Positions 1-8,109 are shown, counted from the first letter of the stretch. The stretch is 64,000 nt of DNA from Gemmatimonadota bacterium (GCA_022822445.1 JAJEBR010000054.1:65015-129014); one strand, 5' to 3'. A program made the numbers and translations. Notes: generated from the letters alone by a model not told the origin.

Positions 1-575
1 ACATACTGCCGGTACCAGGCGCGCGTCCGCCGCTCGCTCGCTCGCAGCAGGGGCTCGGGAAAGCACCCCGCCACAATCCGCTGCACGAGACGCTCCCTCA
101 CGCGCACTTCGCCGGCCACGGGTGCTTCACCCCGGAGCAGACTCTCCAGGAAGGTCGGCTCGCGGCCCTCGATTTCGCATTCGGACAACGTCATCAACCG
201 CACCGCCTCCATCCTTCCGACCAGCGCACCGGACACCCTTGGCCGCAGGAACGCGTTCGCCGACCCGGTGAGCAGAAAGCGGCCGGGGGTCCGCTTTTCG
301 TCCACCGCCTGTTTGATCGCGAGGAGAGTCTCGGGAACGCGCTGCACTTCGTCGAGCGCGATCCTCTTTGGCGGAAGATTGCGAACGAAGCCGACGGGAT
401 CCGCCCTGGCGACCTCCGCCTGAGCCAGGTCGTCAAAGGTGATGTACTCCCAGTCGCCGTCGATCAGATCCTTGACCAGGGTCGTCTTTCCCACCTGCCG
501 GGCACCCATGATGAAGACCACAGGCGTGTCGGCGAGGGCTTCGCGCACGAGGCGGGCGGTGAATCGCGGGAACAC
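1..575 (-). CDS. AAA-type ATPase, DUF4143/COG1373-like (partial; C-terminal part runs off the left edge)
   Basis: Own translation of the minus strand; the frame is absent from the ORF track because it has no stop in the window. Sequence: VFPRFTARLVREALADTPVVFIMGARQVGKTTLVKDLIDGDWEYITFDDLAQAEVARADPVGFVRNLPPKRIALDEVQRVPETLLAIKQAVDEKRTPGRFLLTGSANAF... Walker A is GARQVGKTT; IALDEVQ is Walker-B-like. An in-frame stop lies at 657-659, and GTG 573-575 is the start that fits family N-termini. Confidence 0.7.
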   Translation of the reverse strand, partial: MFPRFTARLVREALADTPVVFIMGARQVGKTTLVKDLIDGDWEYITFDDLAQAEVARADPVGFVRNLPPKRIALDEVQRVPETLLAIKQAVDEKRTPGRFLLTGSANAFLRPRVSGALVGRMEAVRLMTLSECEIEGREPTFLESLLRGEAPVAGEVRVRERLVQRIVAGCFPEPLLRASERRTRAWYRQY

Positions 576-630
576 GACGGTGGGGTCCTCTGCCGAGAGG
601 GAGGTTCGCGGGAAACCGGATGCGGCTGAT

Positions 631-705
631 TGTCAATCGTAACAGCGTCCAATCGTTATCGAAAGAGCGTCCAATTGTCGATTGAGAGACCGTCCAATCG
701 TTATT
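631..705. repeat. Iteron-like array of 22/23-bp phased direct repeats (core CGTCCAATCGTTAT)
   Basis: CGTCCAATCGTTATC at 646-660, CGTCCAATTGTCG at 668-680, CGTCCAATCGTTATT at 691-705, plus a partial TGTCAATCGTAAC at 631-643. Start-to-start spacing is 22 and 23 bp. Confidence 0.8.
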
Positions 706-777
706 GGCGTCGTGTGCGGGTCCGCTCTGGTGCGGCATGGCGGATCAGCCGAGCACAGACAGCTGAGCTGGCCCGCG

Positions 778-826
778 TTGACGGCAACCAATCTGGCCAG
801 TACATTCGGCTAGCCAGATTATCTGG
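778..826 (+). promoter_or_regulatory. Putative sigma70-type promoter plus palindromic operator of the phd-vapC module
   Basis: TTGACG (778-783), 17-nt spacer, TACATT (801-806). Followed by the perfect palindrome CCAGAT-T-ATCTGG (814-826), about 90 nt upstream of the antitoxin ATG. Confidence 0.45.
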
Positions 827-915
827 ACAGATCCTCCAGCCGGCTTGTGAATTCGCCGGGCGTCCGCCGGAGGCCCGTTGCCAGGCGCCCGGAAGCACCG
901 AATGGAAGTCCAAAC

Positions 916-1200
916 ATGACCGCATGGAAGCTGCAGGACGCGAAGAACCGCTTCAGCGAGGTTGTGCGGGAAGCGGTGGCCGGTTACCCGCAGCATGTGA
1001 CCCGGCGGGGGAAGCCGGCGGTCGTGGTCCTGGCGACGGGAGAATACGAACGCCTCAGTCGTCTCGATGCCGCGAACGCACCCACTTTCGCGGAGATCCT
1101 GCTGGCGATCCCACAGGACGGCCGGGAGTTCGAAAGGCTGGATCCGCAGTTGCGGCCTGTCGAATTGAGCGGGGAGCACGACCCTCCAGCGGAGGGCTAA
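916..1200 (+). CDS. Type II antitoxin, Phd/YefM family
   Basis: MTAWKLQDAKNRFSEVVREAVAGYPQHVTRRGKPAVVVLATGEYERL matches the Phd/YefM N-terminal pattern. Internal ATG of track ORF 847..1200; ends 1 nt before the PIN-domain gene. Confidence 0.8.
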   Translation: MTAWKLQDAKNRFSEVVREAVAGYPQHVTRRGKPAVVVLATGEYERLSRLDAANAPTFAEILLAIPQDGREFERLDPQLRPVELSGEHDPPAEG

Positions 1201-1201
1201 C

Positions 1202-1699
1202 GTGTTTCTCATCGACACCGACGTACTGTCCGCGCTCCGGCGGCGCGAGCGGAATCCGGAGATTGCCCGCTGGCTCGCCGCCCAGCGGGCCTCGGACCTG
1301 TACCTGAGTGTCGTCTCCGTCGGGGAAATCGAGCGGGGGATCGCCGGGGTCGAGTGCAGGGATCCCGCTTTCGCGGACCGGTTGGAAGAGTGGCTGGATA
1401 CTCTCCTGCGGCTCTACCGTGACCGCATACTTCCGATCGACCTGTCCGTCGCGCTGCGGTGGGGCCGGCTGTCGGCGGACATCGGCCACGCGGGGGCCGA
1501 TCTGTTGATCGCGGCCACGGCGATGGAACACGGACTGACGGTCGTCACGCGCAACACCCGGCACTTCGCCGCGGCGGGCGTTCCGGTACTCGACCCGTCC
1601 GCACCGGCTTCACCGTCGGCAACGGTCTCACCGTCAGGACAGGGGTCACCGTCAGGACAGGGTTCACCGCAGGCAGCGGCTCCCCCGCCGGCGTCATGA
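1202..1699 (+). CDS. vapC: Type II toxin VapC (PIN domain) with a low-complexity C-terminal extension
   Basis: GTG start. FLIDTDVLSAL...SVGEIE...GADLLIAATA...VVTRNTRHF gives the PIN acidic residues and TRN motif. The tail is SPSATVSPSGQGSPSGQGSPQAAAPPPAS. Confidence 0.8.
   Translation: MFLIDTDVLSALRRRERNPEIARWLAAQRASDLYLSVVSVGEIERGIAGVECRDPAFADRLEEWLDTLLRLYRDRILPIDLSVALRWGRLSADIGHAGADLLIAATAMEHGLTVVTRNTRHFAAAGVPVLDPSAPASPSATVSPSGQGSPSGQGSPQAAAPPPAS
1610..1680 (+). repeat. Four tandem 18-bp units (TCACCGTCAGGACAGGGG) inside the vapC 3' tail
   Basis: Units at 1610-1627, 1628-1645, 1646-1663 and 1664-1680. The middle two differ by a single base. Confidence 0.85.
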
Positions 1700-2827
1700 C
1701 TTCGGCGTTCTCCCAAGCCGGGTAGCGACCCAGAAAAAGAGGATCGCGGTGAAGGCCAGCGCGAGCACCGTACCGAGCCGCTCGCCTGCGTCGACCCCCA
1801 GATACCACGCCGCGCTCAGGATGGCCGCGCAGGAACACAGCACCAGCGGCCGGGCGTCCCTCGCCAGCCCGTACCACAGCCCGCACGCTCCTGCACCGGC
1901 CACCGCGGCCGCCGCCCCCAATGGCGGCATTTCAAACACCTCGAGCGTGGTCCCGAAACCGAGCGGGATGGCGAGCAGGACCGACGCCGCAAGGTGATAG
2001 CCATAGCGGGGGTTCCGCAGCGCCGCGGGGGCCCGGTGGATGCCCCACAGCGCCAGCGCGGTGACCACCAGCAGCCAGGCGTCCAGGGCCAGCAGGGCAT
2101 TGTCGTCGAGTTCGAGCGGCCCGACCGCCGTCATGCCGACCATCGGATAGCCCGCGTAGAGGCTGACCGCGAAAGCGTAGAGCGCTGGGCGCGAAACGGA
2201 CTCGGCGCGCCCGGCGTAAAGCAGCAGGCCCAGCACCGCCAGCGTCGCAACCATTACGCCGTCCAGGATCCAGATGATGACGTCGGCGTCCAGATCGAAG
2301 GCCCTGAAGAGAAACGCCGCCACGAAGACGTAGCCGAGAGCCGCGGACACCGCGGGCATGACCGGGTTTCGGCGCACAAAGACCGGAATGGTCGCGGCCG
2401 GAGTGACCAGGGCGAGCAGCCCGACCACGATGCCTCCCGCAGTCGTGTTTTCCCAGGCCTCCATCGAGTACATGAATGCGGAGAGGAGCAGGATCAGCCC
2501 GCTGGTCTGCAGCGCGTAGGTCACCGGCACGAACCGCCGCGTGGCTTCGAGACGCATTCCGAGCAGCACGGTCGCAATCCCCGCTCCCGCAATCACGAAC
2601 GTACGCACCCCGGGCCCCAGATCGGGCCACGACCACGCGAAGAAGGTGACCGCGGCGATTACCAGCAGAATGCCGGCAGTTCCCGCAACCGCATACTGAA
2701 GGAACCGGCGACGCCCCGATCGCAGGCGGCCGGCGTGCTCGCTACGCAGGCTTTCCGCCAACTCGGCGGAGATCAACCCGCGCTCCTGCCACCGCTGGAG
2801 GGCGGAGTCGAGTTCGGATTTGCTCAT
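1694..2827 (-). CDS. Polytopic membrane protein (DUF2157-like)
   Basis: Internal ATG (2825-2827) of track ORF 1694..3430. MSKSELDSALQRWQERGLISAELAESL is followed by about 10 hydrophobic segments. The upstream part of the track ORF overlaps the BCCT gene and is rejected. Confidence 0.6.
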   Translation of the reverse strand: MSKSELDSALQRWQERGLISAELAESLRSEHAGRLRSGRRRFLQYAVAGTAGILLVIAAVTFFAWSWPDLGPGVRTFVIAGAGIATVLLGMRLEATRRFVPVTYALQTSGLILLLSAFMYSMEAWENTTAGGIVVGLLALVTPAATIPVFVRRNPVMPAVSAALGYVFVAAFLFRAFDLDADVIIWILDGVMVATLAVLGLLLYAGRAESVSRPALYAFAVSLYAGYPMVGMTAVGPLELDDNALLALDAWLLVVTALALWGIHRAPAALRNPRYGYHLAASVLLAIPLGFGTTLEVFEMPPLGAAAAVAGAGACGLWYGLARDARPLVLCSCAAILSAAWYLGVDAGERLGTVLALAFTAILFFWVATRLGRTPKS

Positions 2828-2868
2828 GTCCGGGTTCGCCTTCGCATGGTGGGGGTTGGGCCTCCAAA

Positions 2869-4461
2869 TCACGGATCGCGCGCCATGGACTTTAGCAGCC
2901 CGGCGATCATAAGCAACAGCACCACGCTCACGGGAAGGGCGGCGGCCATCGCGGCGGTCTGCAGGGCCTGAAGGCCATCGGCGAGGAGCAGCACGGCGGC
3001 CACCACGCCTATACCGAGCCCCCACACGATGCGGAAACGCTGCGGGGGATGGGGGTCGCCCATGCTCAGCAGGGTGGTGATGACAAGCGTTCCGGAGTCG
3101 GACGACGTTACGAACCAGGTCGACAACAGGAGCGTGGCCAAAGCGGACATGCCCCAGGTCAGCCAGCCGCTTTCGCTCAGACGGTCGATGGTCCCGTAGA
3201 GCGCGGCCTCGTAGTTCCCGCCCTGTACCAGTTCGATGATCCCGGCGGTGCCCACGCCGCCCGCCGCGTCGAGCTCCAGATGGATGGCGTTGCCGCCGAA
3301 GATCCCGATCCACAGCAGCCCCAGTGCGGTCGGGACAACCAGCACGCCGACGATGAACTCGCGCACGGTGCGCCCGCGCGAGATGCGGGCGATGAACATG
3401 CCGACGAAGGGAGCCCAGGAAATCCACCATCCCCAGTAGAAGATTGTCCAGGCATTCTGCCAGGCGGCCTGCCCCGCGTCATCGGCGATCCAGAACCCCA
3501 TCGGCAGCGCGTGCCACAGGTATTGGCCGAAGGAGCTTACGACGAATCCCATGAGCCACATGCCGGGGCCGAGGATGAGGAAGCAGCCCAGCAGGATGAT
3601 GCTCAGGCCGACGTTCCACTCCGACAGGACGCGGATCCCGCGGCGCACGCCGGACACGGCCGACAGGGTCGCCGCCAGCGAGATCGCCGCGATCAGCACG
3701 ACCTGGGTGACGACCCCCGGATCGACGCCCGCCAGAACGTTGAGTCCGGTGGCCATCTGGCTGGCCCCGAGCCCCAGCGTGGTCGCGATGCCGAAGACCG
3801 CGCCGAAAACCGCCAGCAGGTCCACCAGGTCGCCGATGGGGCCGTAGATCCGGTCGCCGATCAGCGGATGCAGGGCCGACCGCAGCGTCAGCGGCAGCTT
3901 CTTGCGAAACCCGAAGTAGGCCAGGCACAGCCCGACCAGGACGTAGACGGCCCAGCCGTGCAGGCCCCAATGGAAGAAGACGACACGCATGGCGTGGGCG
4001 GCGCGCTCCTCGTCCAGCGATACGGCGCCGGCAAGGTCGGCCAGAGGGTTGTTCGGGTAGCCCGCGCTCTGGCTGTTGTCGAAGTAGGAGAGCGGTTCGG
4101 CAATCGAGAAGAAGAGCAATCCGATCCCCACCCCCGCGGAAAACAGCATGGCCAGCCAGGAGGACGTGCGGAACTCCGGCCTGGAACCGTCATCGCCGAG
4201 CCGGATCCTCCCGAACCGGCTGCACGCCAGTAGCACGCAGGCAAAGAGGCAGGCGCAGACGGTCAGGATGTAGAACCAGTCCAGCGTCCCCTCGATCCAG
4301 CTGCGGATGCGCTCGAACACGGCGCCGGCGGCCTCCACGTCCCGGATGGCGACGAGGACGAACACCAGGACGAAGCCCTTGGCCGCCAGCGCCATGGTGG
4401 GGTTCAGTCCCTTCCACGGCCCGTCCTTCGCCGTCGCCCTCCGGTCCCGCCCGTCGTTCAT
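2869..4461 (-). CDS. BCCT-family (betaine/carnitine/choline) transporter
   Basis: Signature WTIFYWGWWISWAPFVGMFIARISRGRTVREF with about 12 TM segments. Start chosen at MNDGRD (4459-4461). Confidence 0.9.
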   Translation of the reverse strand: MNDGRDRRATAKDGPWKGLNPTMALAAKGFVLVFVLVAIRDVEAAGAVFERIRSWIEGTLDWFYILTVCACLFACVLLACSRFGRIRLGDDGSRPEFRTSSWLAMLFSAGVGIGLLFFSIAEPLSYFDNSQSAGYPNNPLADLAGAVSLDEERAAHAMRVVFFHWGLHGWAVYVLVGLCLAYFGFRKKLPLTLRSALHPLIGDRIYGPIGDLVDLLAVFGAVFGIATTLGLGASQMATGLNVLAGVDPGVVTQVVLIAAISLAATLSAVSGVRRGIRVLSEWNVGLSIILLGCFLILGPGMWLMGFVVSSFGQYLWHALPMGFWIADDAGQAAWQNAWTIFYWGWWISWAPFVGMFIARISRGRTVREFIVGVLVVPTALGLLWIGIFGGNAIHLELDAAGGVGTAGIIELVQGGNYEAALYGTIDRLSESGWLTWGMSALATLLLSTWFVTSSDSGTLVITTLLSMGDPHPPQRFRIVWGLGIGVVAAVLLLADGLQALQTAAMAAALPVSVVLLLMIAGLLKSMARDP

Positions 4462-4614
4462 GGCCCCTTCCTGGTCGCCTTGCCACGTAGCGCCCCGCCG
4501 CTCTCGGTGCTCGCGCGGTTCATCCGCGGACTGCCGAGTCCTTCGGGGGCTGCCTGTAGTATACGTCCCATTCCGCCATTGATCCGCCCCTCGCCCGGGT
4601 GCATCCTTCATGGC

Positions 4615-5043
4615 ATGAAGACTCCGGAGGCAGAGACCCGCCGCGCGCTGGCCAGGCTGCGCAGAGCGCTCGAGAAGGCGCGGCGCGAGGTGCGGGGGCT
4701 GCGCGAGGGGTTGGATGAGTCCGAGGCGGACGGCTATCCCGCGGACGACTACGCCGAAATGGAAGGGCATCTCGACGCCGTGAGTGAGCTCGTGAATCGC
4801 GAGCAGACGCGCCAGCAGGCAAAGATCCTGAGAGCGGGCGGAATCGGTCCCGGTGGGTTGCGGGGTTCCGCATTGCGGCGCTCGGGGTCGCTCGGCGCGG
4901 GGTCGCAGGCTTCGCGGTCACTCGGCACTGGTTCGCGCGGCGCGGGATCGCGGCGCGATGGATCTCACGGCGCGGGCCCGCAGCGTTCCGCGGAGCCCGT
5001 TTTGCGGGCCGAGGGGGATGGGGAGGGAGGGCGACGATCGTGA
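4615..5043 (+). CDS. Hypothetical protein (coiled-coil N-terminus, Gly/Ser/Arg-rich tail)
   Basis: ATG 4615 within track ORF 4480..5043: MKTPEAETRRALARLRRALEKARREVRGLREGLDE. High GC3 in the first half. The stop overlaps the next gene's GTG by 4 nt. No recognisable family. Confidence 0.35.
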   Translation: MKTPEAETRRALARLRRALEKARREVRGLREGLDESEADGYPADDYAEMEGHLDAVSELVNREQTRQQAKILRAGGIGPGGLRGSALRRSGSLGAGSQASRSLGTGSRGAGSRRDGSHGAGPQRSAEPVLRAEGDGEGGRRS

Positions 5044-6746
5044 AGCGGCGCGATTTCGTAGCCGGCGGCACGAAGGGTGTGTTCGTCGGACTGGCGGGGC
5101 TGGCGGGCCTCGGGGCGAGGCCCGCCACGCCCTTCGTCGCGGCGACCGGCCGGCGCGCGGACCTGGTCATCCGCGGCGGGACGATTTACGACGGCACGGG
5201 AGGGCCCCCGCGCACCGGCGACATCGCCATCGACGGCGACCGCATCACGCAGATCGGGCGCGGTCTCCCGGCGGGCGCCACCGAGATCGACGCGCGGGGA
5301 ATGGCGGTCGCGCCCGGCTTCATCGACATCCACTCCCACGCGGACCTCTCGCTGCTGGTGAACCCCCGCGCGGAGAGCCGGGTGCGGCAGGGCGTCACGC
5401 TGGAGGTCGTCGGCCAGGACGGCTCGTCGATCGGGCCGTGGAGCGATGGCGTCTTCGAGTTGACGCGCGACCGCTACCGGCGCGACTTCGATGTGGAGAT
5501 CGACTTCCGCGATGTCGGGGGCTTCCTGGACCGGATCGACCGGGAGCGGCCGGCGGTGAGCGTCGCGTCGATGGTTGGGCACGGGACGGTGCGGGGGTTC
5601 GTGGTGGGCGGCGTCGACCGGCCCGCGACGGAGGCGGAGCTGGAGCGGATGCGCGCGATGGTGCGGGACGCGCTCGGGCAGGGTGCGGTGGGGCTCTCGA
5701 CCGGGCTCGAATACACGCCGGGGAGCTTCGCCACGCGGGACGAACTGGTCGCGGTGGCGTCGGAGCTCCGCGGCACGGTCTATCCGTACGCGTCGCACAT
5801 GCGCAACGAGGACGACCGGCTCCTCGCGGCGCTCGAGGAGGCGCTGCACGTGGGACGCGTGGCCGGGGTGGCGGTGCAGGTCTCGCACCTCAAGGCGCAG
5901 GGGGAGCGCAACCACTGGAAGGCGGAGGCCGCCTTCGCGGCGATCGAGGCCGCGCGAGAGGGCGGCGTGGACGTGCACTTCGACCGCTATCCCTACGTGG
6001 CGTACGCGACGGGGCTCTCGAACCTCTTCCCCGCGTCGGCGCGGGCCGGGGGCACCGGGAGGTTCCTCGCGCGGCTCGCCGATCCGGAGACCGGCCCGGC
6101 GCTGGAGCGGGCCTGCCGGGACAAGATCGCGCTGCTGGGGTCGTGGGACGCGGTGCAGATCAGCCGGATCGGCGGGGCGAACGCGGCCGCGCGGGGGCGG
6201 CGGCTCGGCGAGCTGGCGTCCGAACTCGGCGAGGATCCCTACGCGCTCACCGTGCGGCTGCTCCGCGAAGCCAACGGGAGCGTGGGGATGATCGGGTTCG
6301 GCATGTCCGAAGAGAACACGGAGCGGATGCTCGCCCACCCGCTGGGGATGGTGTGCTCGGATGGCGGTGCCTACGCGCCGTACGGGCCACTTTCGCGGTC
6401 CTCGCCCCACCCGCGCGGCTACGGCAGCTTCCCGCGGGTGCTCGGCCACTACGTGCGGGAGCGCCGGGCGATGTCGCTGGCGGCGGCGGTGCACAAGATG
6501 TCGGGGCTGCCGGCGCGCAAGCTGGGGCTGGGGGACCGGGGGGTGTTGCGTGCGGGGGCCGTGGCGGACGCGGTCGTGTTCGATCCCGACCGCGTGGGGG
6601 ACCGGGCCACCTTCGACGAGCCGCACCAGTATCCGGAGGGGGTCGCGCATGTGGTCGTGGGGGGGGTGCACACGATCCGGGATGAGGAGCAGACGGGGGG
6701 GATGGGGGGGCGGGCGGTGCGGGGTGGGGGGGCGGCGGGCCGGTGA
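5040..6746 (+). CDS. N-acyl-D-amino-acid deacylase (D-aminoacylase) family amidohydrolase, Tat-exported
   Basis: Tat-like signal MKRRDFVAGG...; PGFIDIHSHADLSLL metal-binding motif; GVTLEVVGQDG. Confidence 0.75.
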   Translation: MKRRDFVAGGTKGVFVGLAGLAGLGARPATPFVAATGRRADLVIRGGTIYDGTGGPPRTGDIAIDGDRITQIGRGLPAGATEIDARGMAVAPGFIDIHSHADLSLLVNPRAESRVRQGVTLEVVGQDGSSIGPWSDGVFELTRDRYRRDFDVEIDFRDVGGFLDRIDRERPAVSVASMVGHGTVRGFVVGGVDRPATEAELERMRAMVRDALGQGAVGLSTGLEYTPGSFATRDELVAVASELRGTVYPYASHMRNEDDRLLAALEEALHVGRVAGVAVQVSHLKAQGERNHWKAEAAFAAIEAAREGGVDVHFDRYPYVAYATGLSNLFPASARAGGTGRFLARLADPETGPALERACRDKIALLGSWDAVQISRIGGANAAARGRRLGELASELGEDPYALTVRLLREANGSVGMIGFGMSEENTERMLAHPLGMVCSDGGAYAPYGPLSRSSPHPRGYGSFPRVLGHYVRERRAMSLAAAVHKMSGLPARKLGLGDRGVLRAGAVADAVVFDPDRVGDRATFDEPHQYPEGVAHVVVGGVHTIRDEEQTGGMGGRAVRGGGAAGR

Positions 6747-6791
6747 ACGTGGTCGGGGCCGACGTCCGGTGGCGGCCGCAGTTGACGAAAA

Positions 6792-6830
6792 TGTAAAGTA
6801 TACATTACACTTTGTCATGTTTGCCATACA
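6792..6830 (+). promoter_or_regulatory. 39-bp bipartite palindromic element, copy A
   Basis: TGTAAAGTATACATTACA-ctt-TGTCATGTTTGCCATACA. Box 2 contains the luxE ATG (6817-6819). TTGACG (6782-6787), 18 nt, TACACT (6806-6811) reads as a promoter ending 5 nt before that ATG. Confidence 0.6.
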
Positions 6831-8109
6831 TCTCGACGCTGCCCAGGAACCCGGAGCCGCCCGGGACCCCGACGCTGCCTTCAACCGCCTCGCCCTGAAG
6901 GTCCACGCGGTCCAGCGCGCCACCAACCCTGTGCTGCGCCGGTACTGGGACGCCGTCTCGGACGGGCAACCCGCCGCGTGGAACGAGATCCCCCCGGTGC
7001 CGGTTCGCGCATTCCGGGACACGCCGATCGTCACCGGCACCGCCGAAGTCGTCTTCCGCACCAGCGGCACGACCGGCGGCGGGAGTGGCGGCGACAGTGG
7101 AGGCGGCCCTGGCGACGGCAGTGGAGGCGGCACTGGCAACAGGAGTGGAGGCGGCACCGGCGACGGCAGTGGAGGCGGCCGTGGCAACAGGAGTGGAGGC
7201 GGCACCGGCGACGGCAACGCTGGCGGCACCGGCCACGGCATCGGTCGCGGCGAGCATCACGTCGCGAGTCTGGAACTATACCGCGCGGCTGCCCAGGACA
7301 ACTACCGGCAACACCTCTTCGCGGGAGCGCCTGCGCTGAGCCTCATCTCGCTGGTCCCGAACCCCGCCGTCGTCCCCGATTCCTCGCTGGCCACGATGGC
7401 CGGCTTCATCGCCCGGGAACCGGAAGTGCGGCACGCCGCCTGGGCCTTCGATCCGGAGCGCGGCGTGGATGTCGATGCGGTGCGGGAAGCCGTCGCGGCA
7501 GCGGCGTCGGTCGCGGCGACGGCGACGGGCCCGACGACGACGGAGGCCCCGCCCCGCCCCGCGTCCGCCACCCCCCCACCCATCCTCCTCCTCACCACCG
7601 CCTTCGCGCTCGTCCAGCTCCTCGACGCGCTCGCCGACTCCCCCCTCCCCCTCCCGAACGGCTCCCGTATCATGGAGACCGGCGGCTTCAAGGGCCGCAC
7701 CGCCGAGATCGGCCGCCCCACCCTCTACCGGCGCGTGCACGGCACCCTCGGCGTCCCCGAGTCGCACATCGTGAACGAGTACGGCATGACCGAGATGCTC
7801 TCGCAGGCGTACGACTGCGTCGCGGGGCAGGGGCCGCCGGCCGCCGAGCGCGTGCACCGGTTTCCGCCCTGGGTGCGGACGCGCGCGCTCGACCCCGCCG
7901 ATCTGTCCCCTCTGCCCGCCGGACGCCCCGGCCTGCTGGCCCACTTCGACCTGGCCAACGCGGCGTCGGTCTGCCACCTGCTGACCGAGGACTACGGATC
8001 CGTCACCGCCGACGGCGGCGTGCGGCTGCTGGGCCGCGCCCCGGGCGCCGCGGTGCGGGGGTGCTCGCTGGCCGCGGAGGCATTCCTGCGAATGACGGGG
8101 GCCGCGTGA
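6817..8109 (+). CDS. luxE: Acyl-protein synthetase, LuxE family, with a Gly-rich insertion
   Basis: NPVLRRYWDAV..., FRTSGTTG nucleotide loop, IMETGGFKGR, EYGMTEMLSQ, and C-terminal GRAPGAAVRGCSL are typical of the LuxE family. Internal ATG of track ORF 6361..8109. Confidence 0.7.
   Translation: MFAIHLDAAQEPGAARDPDAAFNRLALKVHAVQRATNPVLRRYWDAVSDGQPAAWNEIPPVPVRAFRDTPIVTGTAEVVFRTSGTTGGGSGGDSGGGPGDGSGGGTGNRSGGGTGDGSGGGRGNRSGGGTGDGNAGGTGHGIGRGEHHVASLELYRAAAQDNYRQHLFAGAPALSLISLVPNPAVVPDSSLATMAGFIAREPEVRHAAWAFDPERGVDVDAVREAVAAAASVAATATGPTTTEAPPRPASATPPPILLLTTAFALVQLLDALADSPLPLPNGSRIMETGGFKGRTAEIGRPTLYRRVHGTLGVPESHIVNEYGMTEMLSQAYDCVAGQGPPAAERVHRFPPWVRTRALDPADLSPLPAGRPGLLAHFDLANAASVCHLLTEDYGSVTADGGVRLLGRAPGAAVRGCSLAAEAFLRMTGAA
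7111..7233 (+). repeat. 48-bp tandem repeat (2.5 units) encoding GDGSGGGTGNRSGGGT
   Basis: Units at 7111-7158 and 7159-7206 differ at 2 positions; a partial third unit starts at 7207. Confidence 0.9.

Noticed and set aside
2828-3430. N-terminal 200 codons of track ORF 1694..3430.
   Set aside because: This part overlaps the 3' end of the BCCT transporter gene and translates to an Arg-rich non-protein-like sequence. The membrane protein starts at the internal MSKSELD.
7111-7233. Tandem repeats here, and at 25736..25820, considered as CRISPR arrays.
   Set aside because: The units are directly abutting with no unique spacers, are 13-48 bp long, and one array lies inside a coding region. No cas genes are in the window.
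4965-7241. 758-aa minus-strand ORF. The same applies to other very long ORFs antisense to recognised genes: 16680..19262 (-), 41411..44260 (-), 53913..55964 (-), 56729..59290 (-), 14598..16589 (-), 20620..22269 (-), 6978..8105 (+).
   Set aside because: These are Arg/Pro/Gly/Ala-rich translations with no motifs, lying exactly opposite or out of frame to genes with clear family signatures. They are typical shadow ORFs of roughly 70 % GC DNA.
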